From Mobula hypostoma (taxonomy: Eukaryota): 64,000 nt of DNA. The stretch is taken from assembly GCF_963921235.1 (NCBI RefSeq), contig NC_086097.1:48362001-48426000 (forward strand), in the 5' to 3' direction. The notes under the pieces are model-generated. The model was not told the origin of the DNA. It was given only the letters and a program-made list of their open reading frames with translations, and ran no database searches. A program made the position numbers and the translations under genes. This document shows positions 1 to 12,812 of this stretch, piece by piece (the first letter of the stretch is position 1; each line of letters begins with the position of its first letter).

Positions 1-932
1 TATATTTAGATTTTGAATTACATTTATTTTACACCTGTTTTTGTGTACTAATTAATACGGTGTACAATTTTAAATCTCCACCCGATCAGCTCTTGGTTTT
101 TCTAAATTTGGAATTCCTTGGTATTCTAAAATTGTTATCCTTTTCCCCCTCTGCAAAGTATCAGTGAAGGTTACTTGATCACACATTTTTTATGGGTAGG
201 AATAATTAGCAAAATGCAGAAAATCATTGCGATGTCCTGACGAGGAGAGGCTTTGATAAGGGGAGAAAAGCAGAAAATGCTGGAACCATACAGTAGGTGA
301 CATAGTGCTATGGAAATGGATCTGCTGGTTACATAGCTGCAAATATTACTTTAATTAGATACACAGTCCACCACATGATCTATGGCCTCTGACGAGATCT
401 TCCAACTAAACAAGTAAGGTGACTTGTTGACTCATTGTCCTTCTGGATAAAATATGAATGCACCTGATGTTGGGTAACCAGGCTCCTGCATGATGCAAAT
501 GTTTGATCTATCTCAATTTAATACGGATCTTCATCTGAAACCATGAACTTAACTCAGAAGTATCATCTCTGTGGAAAATGATTGGCTCTTTATTTGCAGG
601 GGTAAGCTATCAAGTTTTTGATCACTGCTAGGCTCCTATATGGTAATCAGCTAGGGTAAGATTGTTTAGCATGCTTGATTTAATTAAATGCCTGATGATT
701 TACTTCTCTGAAAAGGTTGACTTTTAAATATTTAACAATTCTTATTGGCCGTTATGGTAGTTCAGTAATTGTAGGCATTACTCTATGATACAAGGTCATT
801 TAGCAACACACTTAGCACATTTTTGTTTCCTGTGACTGCTCTATGCCAATCGTAACTGCTGCAATCTCTCATTGTCATCTCTTTCATCCCTTAAATATCT
901 CATTAAACATTTCAATTCAGACATTGTTTCAC

Positions 933-970
933 CCAGTTTCCCCCGGGATCAATAAAGTATGACTATGACT
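933..970 (+). mobile_element. Tiny 3' tail of a LINE/SINE family ending AATAAAGT(ATGACT)n
   Basis: CCAGTTTCCCCCGGGATCAATAAAGTATGACTATGACT matches the reverse complement of the insertion at 27936-27990. Confidence 0.7.
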
Positions 971-1860
971 GTATTGGCCCCCACGCTTACTTCTCCACCA
1001 GCCCACTTCTCACATCCCTCCTTCCTCACCCCCACCTTGAAGAAACTGTAATGAACAAGGCTAGCTTGTAATTTTCGTTCTTTTCCATTAGGAGTCCTTG
1101 GATTTCCTCTACAAATTGAAATTGGAGATTGCACCCTGTCAAAACCATTCCTGCCACATTCCCTTCACATTTTTCTGTTAAATCATGGGCTTAGTGTTAA
1201 TGAACATAATCTTTGAGTTTGATGATGTTTAAATTTAAAAATCCAAATTGTATGGCAGGATGTCACTTTGACAGTTGAGACATCTTGTCATGGTGTGAGT
1301 GAGTGCATTGTTACTCTCTTTCTTGTTCTTTTTCTGTTGATTTTTATGAAACTAGATTTTTAGCTAAGTGGATTATATGATCTCAATATGATCAGGTTAA
1401 CCCTTGCTTTTTACTTGCAGCAATATAAACAAATATTTTTGAGGATCGACCTTCTCACATTTTCGGCATGGATTATACAGGGTATAGATTTGGGAACATG
1501 ATAAGGGGAATAAAAGCCAGGAATAAAGTTTCTAATCCCAGTCATGATGTTGTAGATGAAGACATAAAAGAGTAAGGGGGTGAAATTCACCCTGAATGGC
1601 ACCCACTAAATACTGCTCATTGGATTCTACTTTAGAAATGTAGTTTAATTACACTGTAACATGCAATGGATGAATTTCTATGATTTAGAAATGTCAATCT
1701 CTTTGCTTTGAGAAAAGCTCTTAGTTAAATAACACAGGTCTCTTCAATTATTTCACATGTTTAATACTCTATTTAACTTCTGGATAGAATTTTACACAGC
1801 TGTTACTATTCTCCAGTATTATTTGTCCTCTTTTTCACTTTCACAAGGTAGTTCACTTAC

Positions 1861-1963
1861 TGAAGTGAAATCCAGAGACCTGGCCATTGATCGAATCATT
1901 GATGCAGAAGCATGAGTTGAAACCCATCATGGCAAAGAGGAGAAGCTAGTTCACTAACGTCCT
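1861..1963 (-). other. Candidate spliced exon (non-coding or 5'UTR/first coding exon)
   Basis: Minus strand: ttttcttttccag|AGGACG...TTCA|gtaagt, strong acceptor and donor. All three frames contain a stop when read from the exon start; an internal GCCATG opens MMGFNSCFCINDSINGQVSGFHF to the donor. Confidence 0.35.
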
Positions 1964-2084
1964 CTGGAAAAGAAAATCTGCTGTTGTGCCAGTTTTGTTG
2001 GTATATGATTCTAGACCCATTAACGTGGTTTGGCCTTAATTAGTTGGGATTACAGGAAACTTCTGATTTCGAGAAAATTAAGAA

Positions 2085-2650
2085 GAATCAGAATTCAAAT
2101 CAGGTTTATCATCACTGGCATGTGACGTGAAATTTGTTAACTTAGCAGCAGCAGTTCAATGCTATACATAATACAGAAGAAAAGAAATCCATAAATTACA
2201 GTATACATATCATGAATACATTGAAAATTATGTATAAACAGAAATAATATATATAAAAAAGTGAGGTAGTGTTCACAGGATCAATGTCCATTTAGGAATC
2301 CGATGGCAGAGGGGAAGAAGCTGTTCCTGAATCGCTGAGTGTGTGCCTTCAGGTTTCTGTATCTCCTACCTGATGCTAACAGTGAGAAAAGGGCATGCTG
2401 GGGGTCCTTAATAATGGACGCTGCCTTTCTGAGACACCGCTCCCTAAAGATGTCCTGGGTACTTTGTAGGCTATTACCCAAGATGGAGCCGACTAGATTT
2501 GAAATACTCTGCAGCTTCTTTCGGTCCTGTACAGTAGCATCCCCCCCCCACCCCATCCCCCATAACGGACAGTGATACAGCCTGACAGCCTGTCAAAATG
2601 CTCTCCACGGTACATCTATAGAAGTTTTTGAGTGGACAATTTTTGAGGAC
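2085..2650 (-). mobile_element. Rex1/Babar-type LINE, 5'-truncated 3' end
   Basis: NFYRCTVESILTGC...DRKKLQ...LFSLLASGRRYR...RFRNSFFPSAI, then 3'UTR and TGATTC-type tail. Confidence 0.85.
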
Positions 2651-4849
2651 GGACAATTAGTGCCAGCTTTCCCAGTAATGCTTGAATAAGTAAATCGGAA
2701 GGGAAGGAAGTATTTTAAATTATGCATTTGGTTTGCTTTAAGTTAAATAACATATATTCTTTGTGTGTGATTTTGAGGATTAATCAGAGAACCTGTGTGC
2801 TTTCATTCCAATTTTAGCTGAGCGAGTGGTATAGTTAAAACCTGAGGTGTCTACCTTGAGTGCTGGCTGACCTTTGCTGTGTATGTTCACTTACACAGGG
2901 CATCTCTGTGCCTTTAGTTAATCAATGTTGCTTAGAGCTGAGGAATTTCTTTGAAACTGTTTTAAGGTAATAAAGACAAATAGCAGCTGAGAACCAGTCA
3001 TGAGGAAAGTGCTCTGGGCTACTATTAAACTATTGCTTGCTGTCTGTCAGATTAGTGGCCAAGAACTTTTAATGAGAAAACTCTCAAGGGAATCTTACAA
3101 ATTAGTTAGGTTGGTGTCACGTGTTTTACATAAATCATAACAAAATATTATAAAATGCTTTATTTTGGTAATTGATATATAAAGGAAAGACGGTATCTCA
3201 TATATTTAAATGTCGGTAGATAAAATCAAGAGCTCCCTTTTAAGCCTTTTAAGATAATCTGTTTATAAAAAAGCTTTCAGAAGCTCAATGCATTACTAGT
3301 TATACCAGAAGCATTGTAAGTGAAATTTGATGCTGTTTGTAGGAATAAGTGAACCATAAAGTGAACTGAACCTGGCTAATGTGATGTAGAACTTTTCAGG
3401 AATACTGATTGCTTTGTTTTTCAAATACTAACAGTTTCAAGGAACTAGATAATGGCCCATCCCTCCATTTGGGCTTGGATCAGGTTTTATAGAGATTCAT
3501 GGTTTACCTATTTGTATTAACTGACCCTTTTCACAAAATCGGAGTCACTGTCAAGTAGGAATATGTTGGCGTCCATCATCTGCTGTAATAAATGACAATA
3601 ATCCCTGATGTCAACTCACGTTGCAAATGGAATTCTGAGTTATATCATTGTCATTACATTATTCCTACAGATAGTACAAGGTCTTTACAATTCATTACTG
3701 CTGCAGACCTGCATCAAATAATGGGTCGTGCAGACCAAACATTCAGTTACAAAATTTAGTTTTCCCAATACGGTTCCGACTGCCGCTTTACAAAAGGAAG
3801 TATTTGCCCCTTTTCCTATTTCTTATGACATGGATTTTCTTCTTTATATTAACTTTTTATAGAGAAAAAAAAACCTTTAAATGCAGACTAGATAGTGGAA
3901 AAAATTGAAACTATTATGAAAATCCCACTTGAAAATGCTCAATCTTCCACATGCACTGTACTCTATCAGAAATGGACAATGCTAAGTACTCAAAATACCA
4001 ATCAAATCAGAACATTTAAGGTTATTTAGCATGCAGGTGCCAGGGACAGTCCAATCAAGCTGCTACAAAAGATCAAATTGCTGGGACTCTGAAACCCTGA
4101 TGCTCCAATATAAAGACATGCAATCAAAAGAGAAATTGGAATTATTGCATCTTATAAGCTCTGACTCACTGATAGTTAGGCGTAAGATATTATTATACTA
4201 ATTAACATACACTTTTTTAAAAAATGCCTGATTCTTATTACATCGTATCCACCATTTGAGCAAAAAAAATATACAAAGGCTTTGGAATTAGTAATTCACA
4301 TCCTTATTATCAAACTGGTCTATTTGCATGCATTAATTGTTACTTCACAATACCGTCATTGCAATTCAGTCTGACATTGTAAAAGTCTAATCGATTCTCT
4401 GTTAAATGTGGTTCCTATTTTATCAAATCAGAAGGGAAGGAATGTTTCATTTTTATAAACTCGGTGTTAGACTTCGAAATTGAAATCCAATATTCAATTT
4501 CTCAATTTTATTCCGCTCTGTTTGCTCTTGAATTTTTATTGCATTAACATTTCTTTTGATTTTACCCATATAACTAAGAAACAGGCTTTTTAAAATATGA
4601 TCGAAAGGAACAGCTTCATCAATAGTTCAGTGGGTAAATAGACAGCAGGGAGCGTGTCATGCAAATGAAGGTGGTCTTATATGAACTTGCCCTGGATACT
4701 GCTGGGTCCCTCCTATCTCTCATTCATCTAATGTCCTTGGTGATGACTTCCAAAAATACATTGCCAAGTGCCGCATCTACGCTAACTGCATGCTTGATCT
4801 CACTTCCATGTCTCTTTAGCTCTTCGTCATTCTCACTGTTTATGTGGTT

Positions 4850-5150
4850 TCAATCAGAGCAGTTGCAAGAACATCATAGTTGGATACAATGCCCCTAATC
4901 TAGGTAGAAAATAGAAATCAGCTTTACTTCATTCCTGATTGTTACTGGTGACATGCCAAGAAACACATGCAAATGGACATTGGGGCTGAACAAGACTGGG
5001 CTCAGTGTGATGTAGCTTTAGTGATTGACTTGCCACTATCTGAACAGTTATCAGAGTGAAAAAAAATTGATAGGTTGCTGTGAATTCAGGAATCTGCATC
5101 TAATTTGCAGTCAAAGCCTTCAGCAGAGGAAGGCAGATATCAATAAATTG
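4850..5150 (+). mobile_element. Old SINE remnant
   Basis: Degenerate resemblance to an ancient fish/shark SINE body recalled from memory (GGACATTGGGG..GGGCTCAGTGTGATG..GCCTTCAGCAGAGGA). Confidence 0.3.
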
Positions 5151-5719
5151 CAGCTGAAGGTATAAATCTTAACAAATAATGTAGTACAGGGGATGATATT
5201 GGCTGCCTTGTTATTTCTGGGTAAGAATGAAATTAACCATTACATTCTTCTTTAGAAATGAAGCAGATCAATCTTTATTTAGGGCTGCAATAATTTTTGT
5301 CATTGATTTTTATTTTACAGAACTTCAGCTACAATTCATCTTTGAACTTTTCTCTCAGTACATCCTGGAACTGTCTTCCTCATTTTCCTATTTCTATATG
5401 AGAAAGAATATCTTTATTTATGTGGCACTTTTCTTGTTGAATGCTATCCCAAAGAACATTATGGACAACTAAAGCAATTTGGAAGTTTAGTTGCTGCTGT
5501 AATGTCAAGCTCATTGTCATCTGCAAAAGCACCTGTTTGCACAGGTGCAATGAAAATCTTGCTTGTAGCAATACCACTGCTACATACCTTCACATAAGCA
5601 GCATTCCCAAGAAAAATATGTTAGACATAGATTATATAATTTTTTATAAGAAATAACACAATTAGGACTAAAACTGACATGTCCTTTTTAGTGCAAAGTT
5701 ATCAAAGTGGTCACACTGC

Positions 5720-5842
5720 TGCTAAATTATAGTGATCAGGGTTCTGCCCATTGGTTCAAAACTCAAATGATTGAAGTGAAGTAGCCCTTCTTGAACCTGG
5801 TGGTGTTGGACTTCAGGCTTCTATACCTCCTGCCTGACTGTA
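5720..5842 (-). mobile_element. Rex/Babar LINE 3' fragment
   Basis: cttcttgaacctggtggtg..cttcaggcttctatacctcctgcctga, homologous to 2320-2380. Confidence 0.6.
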
Positions 5843-5844
5843 GT

Positions 5845-6945
5845 TGACTCTAACGCACCAGCCTGTCCTGGCTGACACACCGGACAATCACTTGTATGTG
5901 CCGGCGACCGTGCGCTGTGACTCATTCCAGTGGGCCCACTCCTCATTCCTCTCCAGCTATCCAGGAGCACGATGGACTCTGTTTCCTGCGGTGCCGGTTC
6001 TGGCGGCCCGCCATGATTGCAGATATACAATGGTTTGTCCGCCTACTCTCAGTGTGCCTGGTCCAATTCCTCTGAACAGCGGCCCTCGTGTCCCCTGCAG
6101 CCCCGACTAATCCCTTGACGCCAGTGGTCCCACATCACCATGGGTTTCATCATGGATTTACCATGGTGATTATGATGGTGGTGGACCAGCTCTCCAAGAA
6201 GGCCCACTTCATTGCCTTCCCCAGGGGAGCCAGTGAGATAGTGGATCTGATTCTCCCTCATGTAATTTGCCTCCAAGGCTACCCTCTGGGCCACAATTCA
6301 GCTCCCACTTCTAGGAAGCCTTCTGCTCCCTCCTCCATACGGCAACAAGTTTGTCCTGTGGCTATCATCCACATACCAGGCAGAAAGAGCCAATCAGCAA
6401 GTGGAGAAGTTTCTGCAATGCTTCACTCTCTCTGACCCTTCCACACAGAAAAAGTATCTGCTTTGGGCAAGCTGTCCCACAATCTACACATCTCCTCTGC
6501 CATGGGCATGTCGCCCTTTGAAGTGCTTCATGGCTACCAACCCCCATTGTTCCCCAAGGTGGAGCCATGGTGGAGGTCCTGTCCGCCTGGGCCTGGTTCA
6601 CTGCTGCTGAAAGCTTGCAGGAGGGCATGGTGGGCCATCCTTGCTACCAATCATGTCTAATGGCGCCAGGCCAACCATTATCGGCACCCAGCCAGACTAC
6701 TCTAACCTGGGAAACATATCTGGCTGTGCCCCTGAGATCTGCCCCTGTGCACCCTGCAGTCCTGTGAGCTCTCGACCCAGTTCATTGGTCCTTTCAAGAT
6801 CACCCGTCACATCAATCCAGTCCCCTGCAGTCTCCAGCTGCCACCATCTCTCAGGATCACACCTACCTTCCCCAGGTCCTGCCTCCACCAGACCCATCCC
6901 GATTATCCTAGGCCTTTGGGGGCCAGCGGTAGGGGAGGGAAGTCC
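5845..6945 (+). mobile_element. Gypsy LTR retrotransposon, decayed integrase region
   Basis: MVVDQLSKKAHFIA, LHISSAMGMSPFEVLHGYQPPLFP and a KFIGPFKI-like (GPY/F) motif across frameshifts; polypurine tract at about 6929-6942. Confidence 0.8.
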
Positions 6946-7248
6946 TATCAGGCCTCCTCCTGTTTCACCTCCCAGTCTCCACCCAGCTAATAGGATTCAC
7001 CTGCTGCTCATTCCAAACTCATCACCTGCAGCTTATTTAACCCCAGTCCTCGATCACTCATCAAAGTATTCAAGCCTCAACCAGTTGCTCTTAGGTTTCA
7101 CTCTTCTCACCTAAAGTTTACCTTGTTGCCTGTTGTGTTTAGTTTCTGTTCTGTCTTGTTTTGTGGTCTATTATTAAAGTTATTATTAACTGTTGAGCTG
7201 CCTCTGCTACTCTTCTTTTGGGTCAGGCCTCCCTTACATTTCCTGACA
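6946..7248 (+). mobile_element. 3' LTR of the Gypsy element
   Basis: Follows the polypurine tract; starts T(A)TCA, contains TATTTAA and ATTAAA, ends TGACA. Confidence 0.7.
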
Positions 7249-7831
7249 GGTCCCTCTGTCATTAATCACATTGGATTTTATTTTTATCTGAGCCTGTGAT
7301 TGCTCTGGTTTGTTATAAACTCTATAATGGTGGAGACAGTGTAAACAGTGAATTTTACCAGGGATTCTTCTGTTCATCTGATGTCATTTTAGTTGAAAAG
7401 CCACACTCCCCCAGAATATTGCTGTAGTGTTAAGCACCAGTCTCCCAGCTTTCCCACAGCTCTTCTGCTAAAATTAGAGCAGATGAACAGAAGAGCCTCT
7501 GAAGAGATTCAGTCTTCTTAGTATATATATTTTCTATATCTCTATTGGATTTTTAAATCAAGTCATTGTTGGATGCTGTCATTCCCAGTTTATTGCTCTT
7601 CATTTTTTAAATATACTTCATATAGAAATTAATCAATATGAGGCACAATAATTCAGGCAGGATATGCACTTCTTCAATACTTTGCAGTGCTTTATTCCTT
7701 CAGCATTACAACCAATGATAGCAGTTGATGTCCAGCTACCACAGCAATCATCTATCATTGCCTCTGGGCTCTGATCTCTGAGCCTCATCTTTCAGAGGAA
7801 AACCACAGATTTTATATTCCCACTCAAATTT

Positions 7832-8267
7832 ACTTGGATTCATTTACTTTGCCTCCAACTTCCACCCTGCCCTCAAATTTACTCGGTCCATTTTTGACAC
7901 CCCCACCCCCTTTTTTTGTCTCTCTGTTTCCAACCCTGGAGACAGTCTATCTACTGATATCTTTTATAATCACACTGATTCTCACAGCTACCTGGACTAT
8001 ACCTGCATCTCTTCCATTTCTCACACATCTGCCCTCACCCAAACTCCACCAGCCACACCAGAGATAGAGTTCATTTTGTCCTCACCTACCACCGTACTAG
8101 CATCTGCGTTTAGCACATAATTCTCTGTAACTTTCACCATCTTCAATGGGATCCCACCACCAAGCACATCTTCCCCACCCCTGCAGGGATCACTCCCTAT
8201 TCGACTCTCTCGTCCGCTTGACCCTCCCCACCGATCACCCTTCTGCAAGGATGTAACTCTGAGGTTT
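7832..8267 (+). mobile_element. Penelope-like element (family 1) fragment, RT C-terminus/linker
   Basis: Homologous to the minus-strand PLE ORF at 26575-27717 (NFHPALKFT, DSHSYLDY, LVLTYH). Confidence 0.85.
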
Positions 8268-8850
8268 TATAAGACACTAGTCAGGCTGCACTTGAAGTAT
8301 TGTCAACAGTTTTGGGCCCCGTATCTCAGAAAGGATGTGTTGTCATTGGAGAGAGTCTAGAGGAGGTTCATGAAGATGATTTTGGGAATGAAGGGGTTAA
8401 CATATGAGGAGTGTTTGGCAGCATTTGGCCTGTACTCTCTGGTGTTTAGAAGACTGCAGTGGGGAATCTCATTGAAACCTACTGAACATTGAAAGGATTG
8501 GATAGGGTGGATGTGGAGAAGGTATTTCCTGTGGTTGGGTATATTTAGAACTGAAGGGCACAGCCTCAAAATTGAAATGCAGTCTTTTAGAATGGAGGTA
8601 AAGGAGGAGTTTTTTAGCCAGAGAATAGCAAATCTGTGGAATGCTCTGCCACAGACTGTGGTGGAGGCCAAGTCCACGGGTATATTTAAAGCAGAAGTTG
8701 ATTCTTTCCTGATTGGTCGGGGCATCAAAGGATATGGTGAGAAGGAAGGTGTAAGGGGTTGAGTCGGATATGGAAACAGCCATGACGGAATGGTGGAGCA
8801 GACCTGAGGGTCTGAATGGCCTAATTCTGCTCCTATACCTTATGGTCTTA
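8268..8850 (+). mobile_element. CR1 LINE 3' fragment inserted in the PLE
   Basis: YKTLVRLHLKYCQQFWAP...FFSQRIANLWNALP and a CR1 3'UTR. Confidence 0.9.
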
Positions 8851-9475
8851 TATCGTGAGACCCATTGTAGATTGGGAGACCGCTTCGCCGAGCACCTATG
8901 CTCTGTCAACCAGAAAAAGTGGGATCTCCCTGTAGTCACCCATTTTAATTCCACTTCCCATTCCAATTCCAATGTCAATCCTCCTCTACTGCCGTGATGA
9001 GGCTACACACAGTTTGGAGGAGCAATACCTTATATTCTGTCTGGAAAGCTTATAGAGTGAACATTGATTTCTCCAGCTTCCAGTAATTTCCACCCCACCC
9101 CCTTCACTGTTCCCCACTCCTGTTTCCCTCTCTCACCTTATCTCCTTACCTACCCATCGCCTCCCACTGGTGCTCCTCCTCCTTCCCCTTCTTCGATGAT
9201 CTTCTATCTTCTCTTATCAGATTCCCATCCTCCGGCCCTTTATCTTTCACAGATCAACTTCCCAGCCCTTTACTTCCCCCTCCCCCTCCCCCTCCCTGTT
9301 TCACCTATCATCAACCATTTTGTTCTTCATCCCCTTCCCCTACCTTCTTACGCAGACTTCTCCCCTTCCTTTTCAGTCCTTGGTGATGGGTCTTGGCCTG
9401 TAATGTCGACTTTTTATTCTTTTCCATAGATGCGGCCTGGCATGCTGAGTTCCTCCAGCATTTTGTGTGTGTTGC
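8851..9475 (+). mobile_element. PLE family 1 GIY-YIG C-terminus and 3' terminal repeat (decayed HHR at about 9375-9411)
   Basis: ETHCRLGDRFAEHL..DLPVVTHFNSTSHS followed by the pyrimidine-rich tail. Confidence 0.85.
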
Positions 9476-11199
9476 TTTATATTCCCACTGTTTATCATTC
9501 CTTCCTAATCTCATTGTTTTACAATCACATATGTTAAATGACATCTCCCATTTTCGTCCCAGTTCCCCAATATGCCTAGGTTCTTTTTATGTTTGATCAG
9601 GTGATTGCATCCTAGTTGCGTATCATTTGTAAATTTTAAGATCTTGTTTCTGTTCCTGCTTTCACATAAACTGCACTGTTCCAAAACTATTTCCTGTGGC
9701 ATCCAACTAGTTACCACATTCAATGTCAATGAAGTTCTATTTTTAAGTTCGATTTAATTCTTCTACCACTATTATTTTTTCATTTATTTCAGAAGCAACA
9801 CAGACTTGTGTTGAGATCAATTTCCTCTTTTGAGTATTTATGAATATCAAGCATTATCACTAAAATGCTTTTGCCGTGAAATTCACCCCCCAGTTAGTAT
9901 AACTTAACATTATGTTATTGTGCCAGTGTATTATACTAATTGTCGGTGTTCCGTAATTAGAAGAATTCTGGAGCTAGAGTGCATTCTGACCAGATTTGAT
10001 GGTGTGATTCAGAATTTCTGGGCCGTTATTTTCATTGGCCTTTAAGTCTCAGTACTTCGATGTCACTGCACAGATCTGCAAAACAAAAGTAGCATTTGTT
10101 TTTTTAACCAGGATCTCAGAGAATATACATTTAATCACACCTATTAAAGGAAACACTCTGTGCAAAGCAAAGAGATAGGCAATATACTGTATAGGGACAG
10201 CAAACAAAATAGGATTGGTACTATCAATATTTAGCTCGGTAATACATTCCTGAAGCAGCCACATTCAATTGGAACAACCATTGGTCATAAAAATCCAATT
10301 AAAGCTCAAGGTCAGAAATACTCTCCACCTAGAGGTTCTTCTGGGAAGCTATTTGCATTTGTAATGAAGAAGCCTATAGGTGAAATGAAATTATAACATG
10401 GAAAATCTGATTCCGTTTGCATTAGAGAGAAGCAGTATCATGCAATTGAACATCCCAATATGCAAGGGCTGCCATATGCTGTTGAGTAAGAGAGCTTTTC
10501 AATAAGGGAGAGAATAGCCAGGGGCAATTGACATGACATCAAATAAGCAAATAATGAATATCTTTTGATGGGTTGCACAAGAATTCATTAAAATAGAAAT
10601 ATAAAACAATGTGTCTGAAACTATTTCCTACAACAAATCTCATATATGATTTTTGTATTTTCTCTTGTCATTTGTCATGTTATTAAATTCTAAAAGTCAT
10701 GCTCATCTGTTTTCATTGGACCATGTTTTTAATAATGGTGAATGAAGAAATATTACCTGACATGTCCTTACACTGTAGGCAATCAAGCAACTAAAGATAA
10801 TAAAAATAATAAAACTAATAACACAAAAGCAATTAAAGTGATCTTTAAACAAAAATATCAGTGCATTTGGGTAGGACTTGAATCATCGGAATTATTAGAA
10901 TTTACATCATTTCACCACTGATTTTCTCTTCTCCTTAAGATGTGGTTTAAGACATGCTTCTATGAGTGAGTACTTGCTAGCCTAACATAATACATTTTAT
11001 AAATTTCATGTCAATTTTCATTTGTTAATGTTCATGTGAATCACTTTGACACATTTTACAACATTACTAGGATTAGATATACACAATTTATTACTGAATC
11101 ATTGACAGCTTTTTATATTTCAGGTGTGTGAAAGTAAGGGACATATTCTCTTAGTTTCCCTGGGTTGCCTGTTATTTGTAGATAATGGAAAATGGGTAG

Positions 11200-12812
11200 A
11201 TTGGAGTACTTACATGCACTGTGATGAAGTGCTTTGAGAGGTTGGTGATGAAACATTTCCATTCCTCCTTGAGGAGTGACTTGGATGTGCTCCAATTTGC
11301 CTATTGTCACAACAGGTTGACAGTAGATGCCATTTCATTGGCTCTTCACTCAAACCCGCCACATCTAGACAGTGAAGAGGTGTACACCAGGATGCTCTTT
11401 ATTGACTGCAGCTCTGTATTCAACATCATTGTCTTCTCAAAACTAATCAATAAGTTGAAAAACCTATGCCCTAATGCCTCCTTGTGCAACTAGATCTTCA
11501 ATTTCCTCACATGCAGACCTCAGTCAGCTTGGATTGGTAACAGCGTCTCCTTCACAATCTCAGTCAGCTCAGGAGCACCACAAGGCTGTGTGCATAGCTC
11601 CCTGTTCTGCTCACTTTAACTTATGACTGTAAGGCTAAGCACAGCTCTAATGCCATATTTAGAATTTCTGTTGTTGGCTGAATCAATGGTGGTGACAAAT
11701 CAACATATATGAGGGAGTTGAAAATCTGGCAGAACGGCGCCACGACAACCTGTCACTCAATGTCATCAAAACTGAAGAACTGATTATTATCTTCTGGGGT
11801 AGGAAACTGGAGGCCCATGAGCCAGTCCTCATTCGAGGGATCCTCAGCGTTATCATTTGAGAGGACCTGTCCTGGGTGCCATTACAAAGAAGGCATGGCA
11901 TCGCCTGTACTTTCAGAATCAGGTTATTATCACCGGCACGTATCTTTAAATTTGTTAAACTCTTACAAGTTCGTGAAGATTTGACATGTCATCTAAAATT
12001 TTGACAAACTTCTATTGTTGCACAGCTGATAGTATACTGACTGGTTGCATCACAGCCTGGTATGGAAATATTAATGCCTTTGAACAGAAAAGCCAACAAA
12101 AAGTAATGGATACAGACTGGTCTATCACGGGTAAAGTCCACCCTATTGTTGAGCACATTTATAAGGGGTGCAATCGCAGTAAAGCATCAAGGACCCCCAC
12201 TATCCGGTCTCTTTTCACTGCTGCCATCAGGAAGAATACACAGGAGCCTCAGGTCCTGAACCACCAGATTCAATACAGTTATTACCCCTCAACCACCAGG
12301 CTCTTGAACCAGAGGGGATAACTTCACTCAACTTCACTCACCCAACACTGAACTCATTTCACAACCCATATTCTCAATTCCAAGGACTCAAGAAACACAA
12401 TCTCATGTTCTCAATATTTATTGCTTTGATTTGTTTTTTCTCTCTCCTTCAAAAGAGGGGAGCCATGGAGTCATAAGTAGCTAGCCATCTGGACACAAGC
12501 TGGGGTCTGATCAGCCCCGGCTGGGTCACCTGGAGGAGGTTGTATGATGTTGAAAGACCCAAAACACCCGATGATTCCAGGAACATCACTGAAGATGCGT
12601 CCAGAAGCATCAATAGATGTATGTACACAGTATTTGCACAGTTTGTTGCCTCTTGCAAGTTGGTTGTTTGTTTTTGTTGTGAACCATTTTAGTTGATTCT
12701 ATTGTGTTTCCTTGTACTTATGGCAAATTACTGCAAAAAAGTTAATCTCAGAGTTGTACATAGAGACATATATACAGTTTGAAAATAACATTACTTTGAA
12801 CTTTGAACTTTG
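11200..12812 (+). mobile_element. Rex/Babar LINE, RT to 3' tail (decayed)
   Basis: MKCFERLV..LQFAY..DAISLALH..RMLFID, GAPQGCV, SILTGCITAWYG; tail (TTTGAAC)n. Confidence 0.9.
12450..12625 (+). mobile_element. Hero-like (R2 group) non-LTR element, extreme 3' end
   Basis: KRGEPWSHK* followed by GCTGGGGTCTGATCAGCCCCGGCTGGGTC..ATCACTGAAGATGCGTCC, resembling fish Hero termini as I recall them. Confidence 0.55.

Noticed and set aside
590..662. Plus-strand acceptor/donor pair (similar pair at 30096-30145)
   Set aside because: Stops in all frames and no partner exons; likely chance
991..1135. Possible next minus-strand exon in frame with 1861-1963
   Set aside because: Poor polypyrimidine tract and no recognisable protein
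4659..4899. Octamer ATGCAAAT, a 79-aa ORF and a minus-strand acceptor at about 4900
   Set aside because: Single motif expected by chance, peptide unrecognisable, and the acceptor lies in a probable SINE remnant
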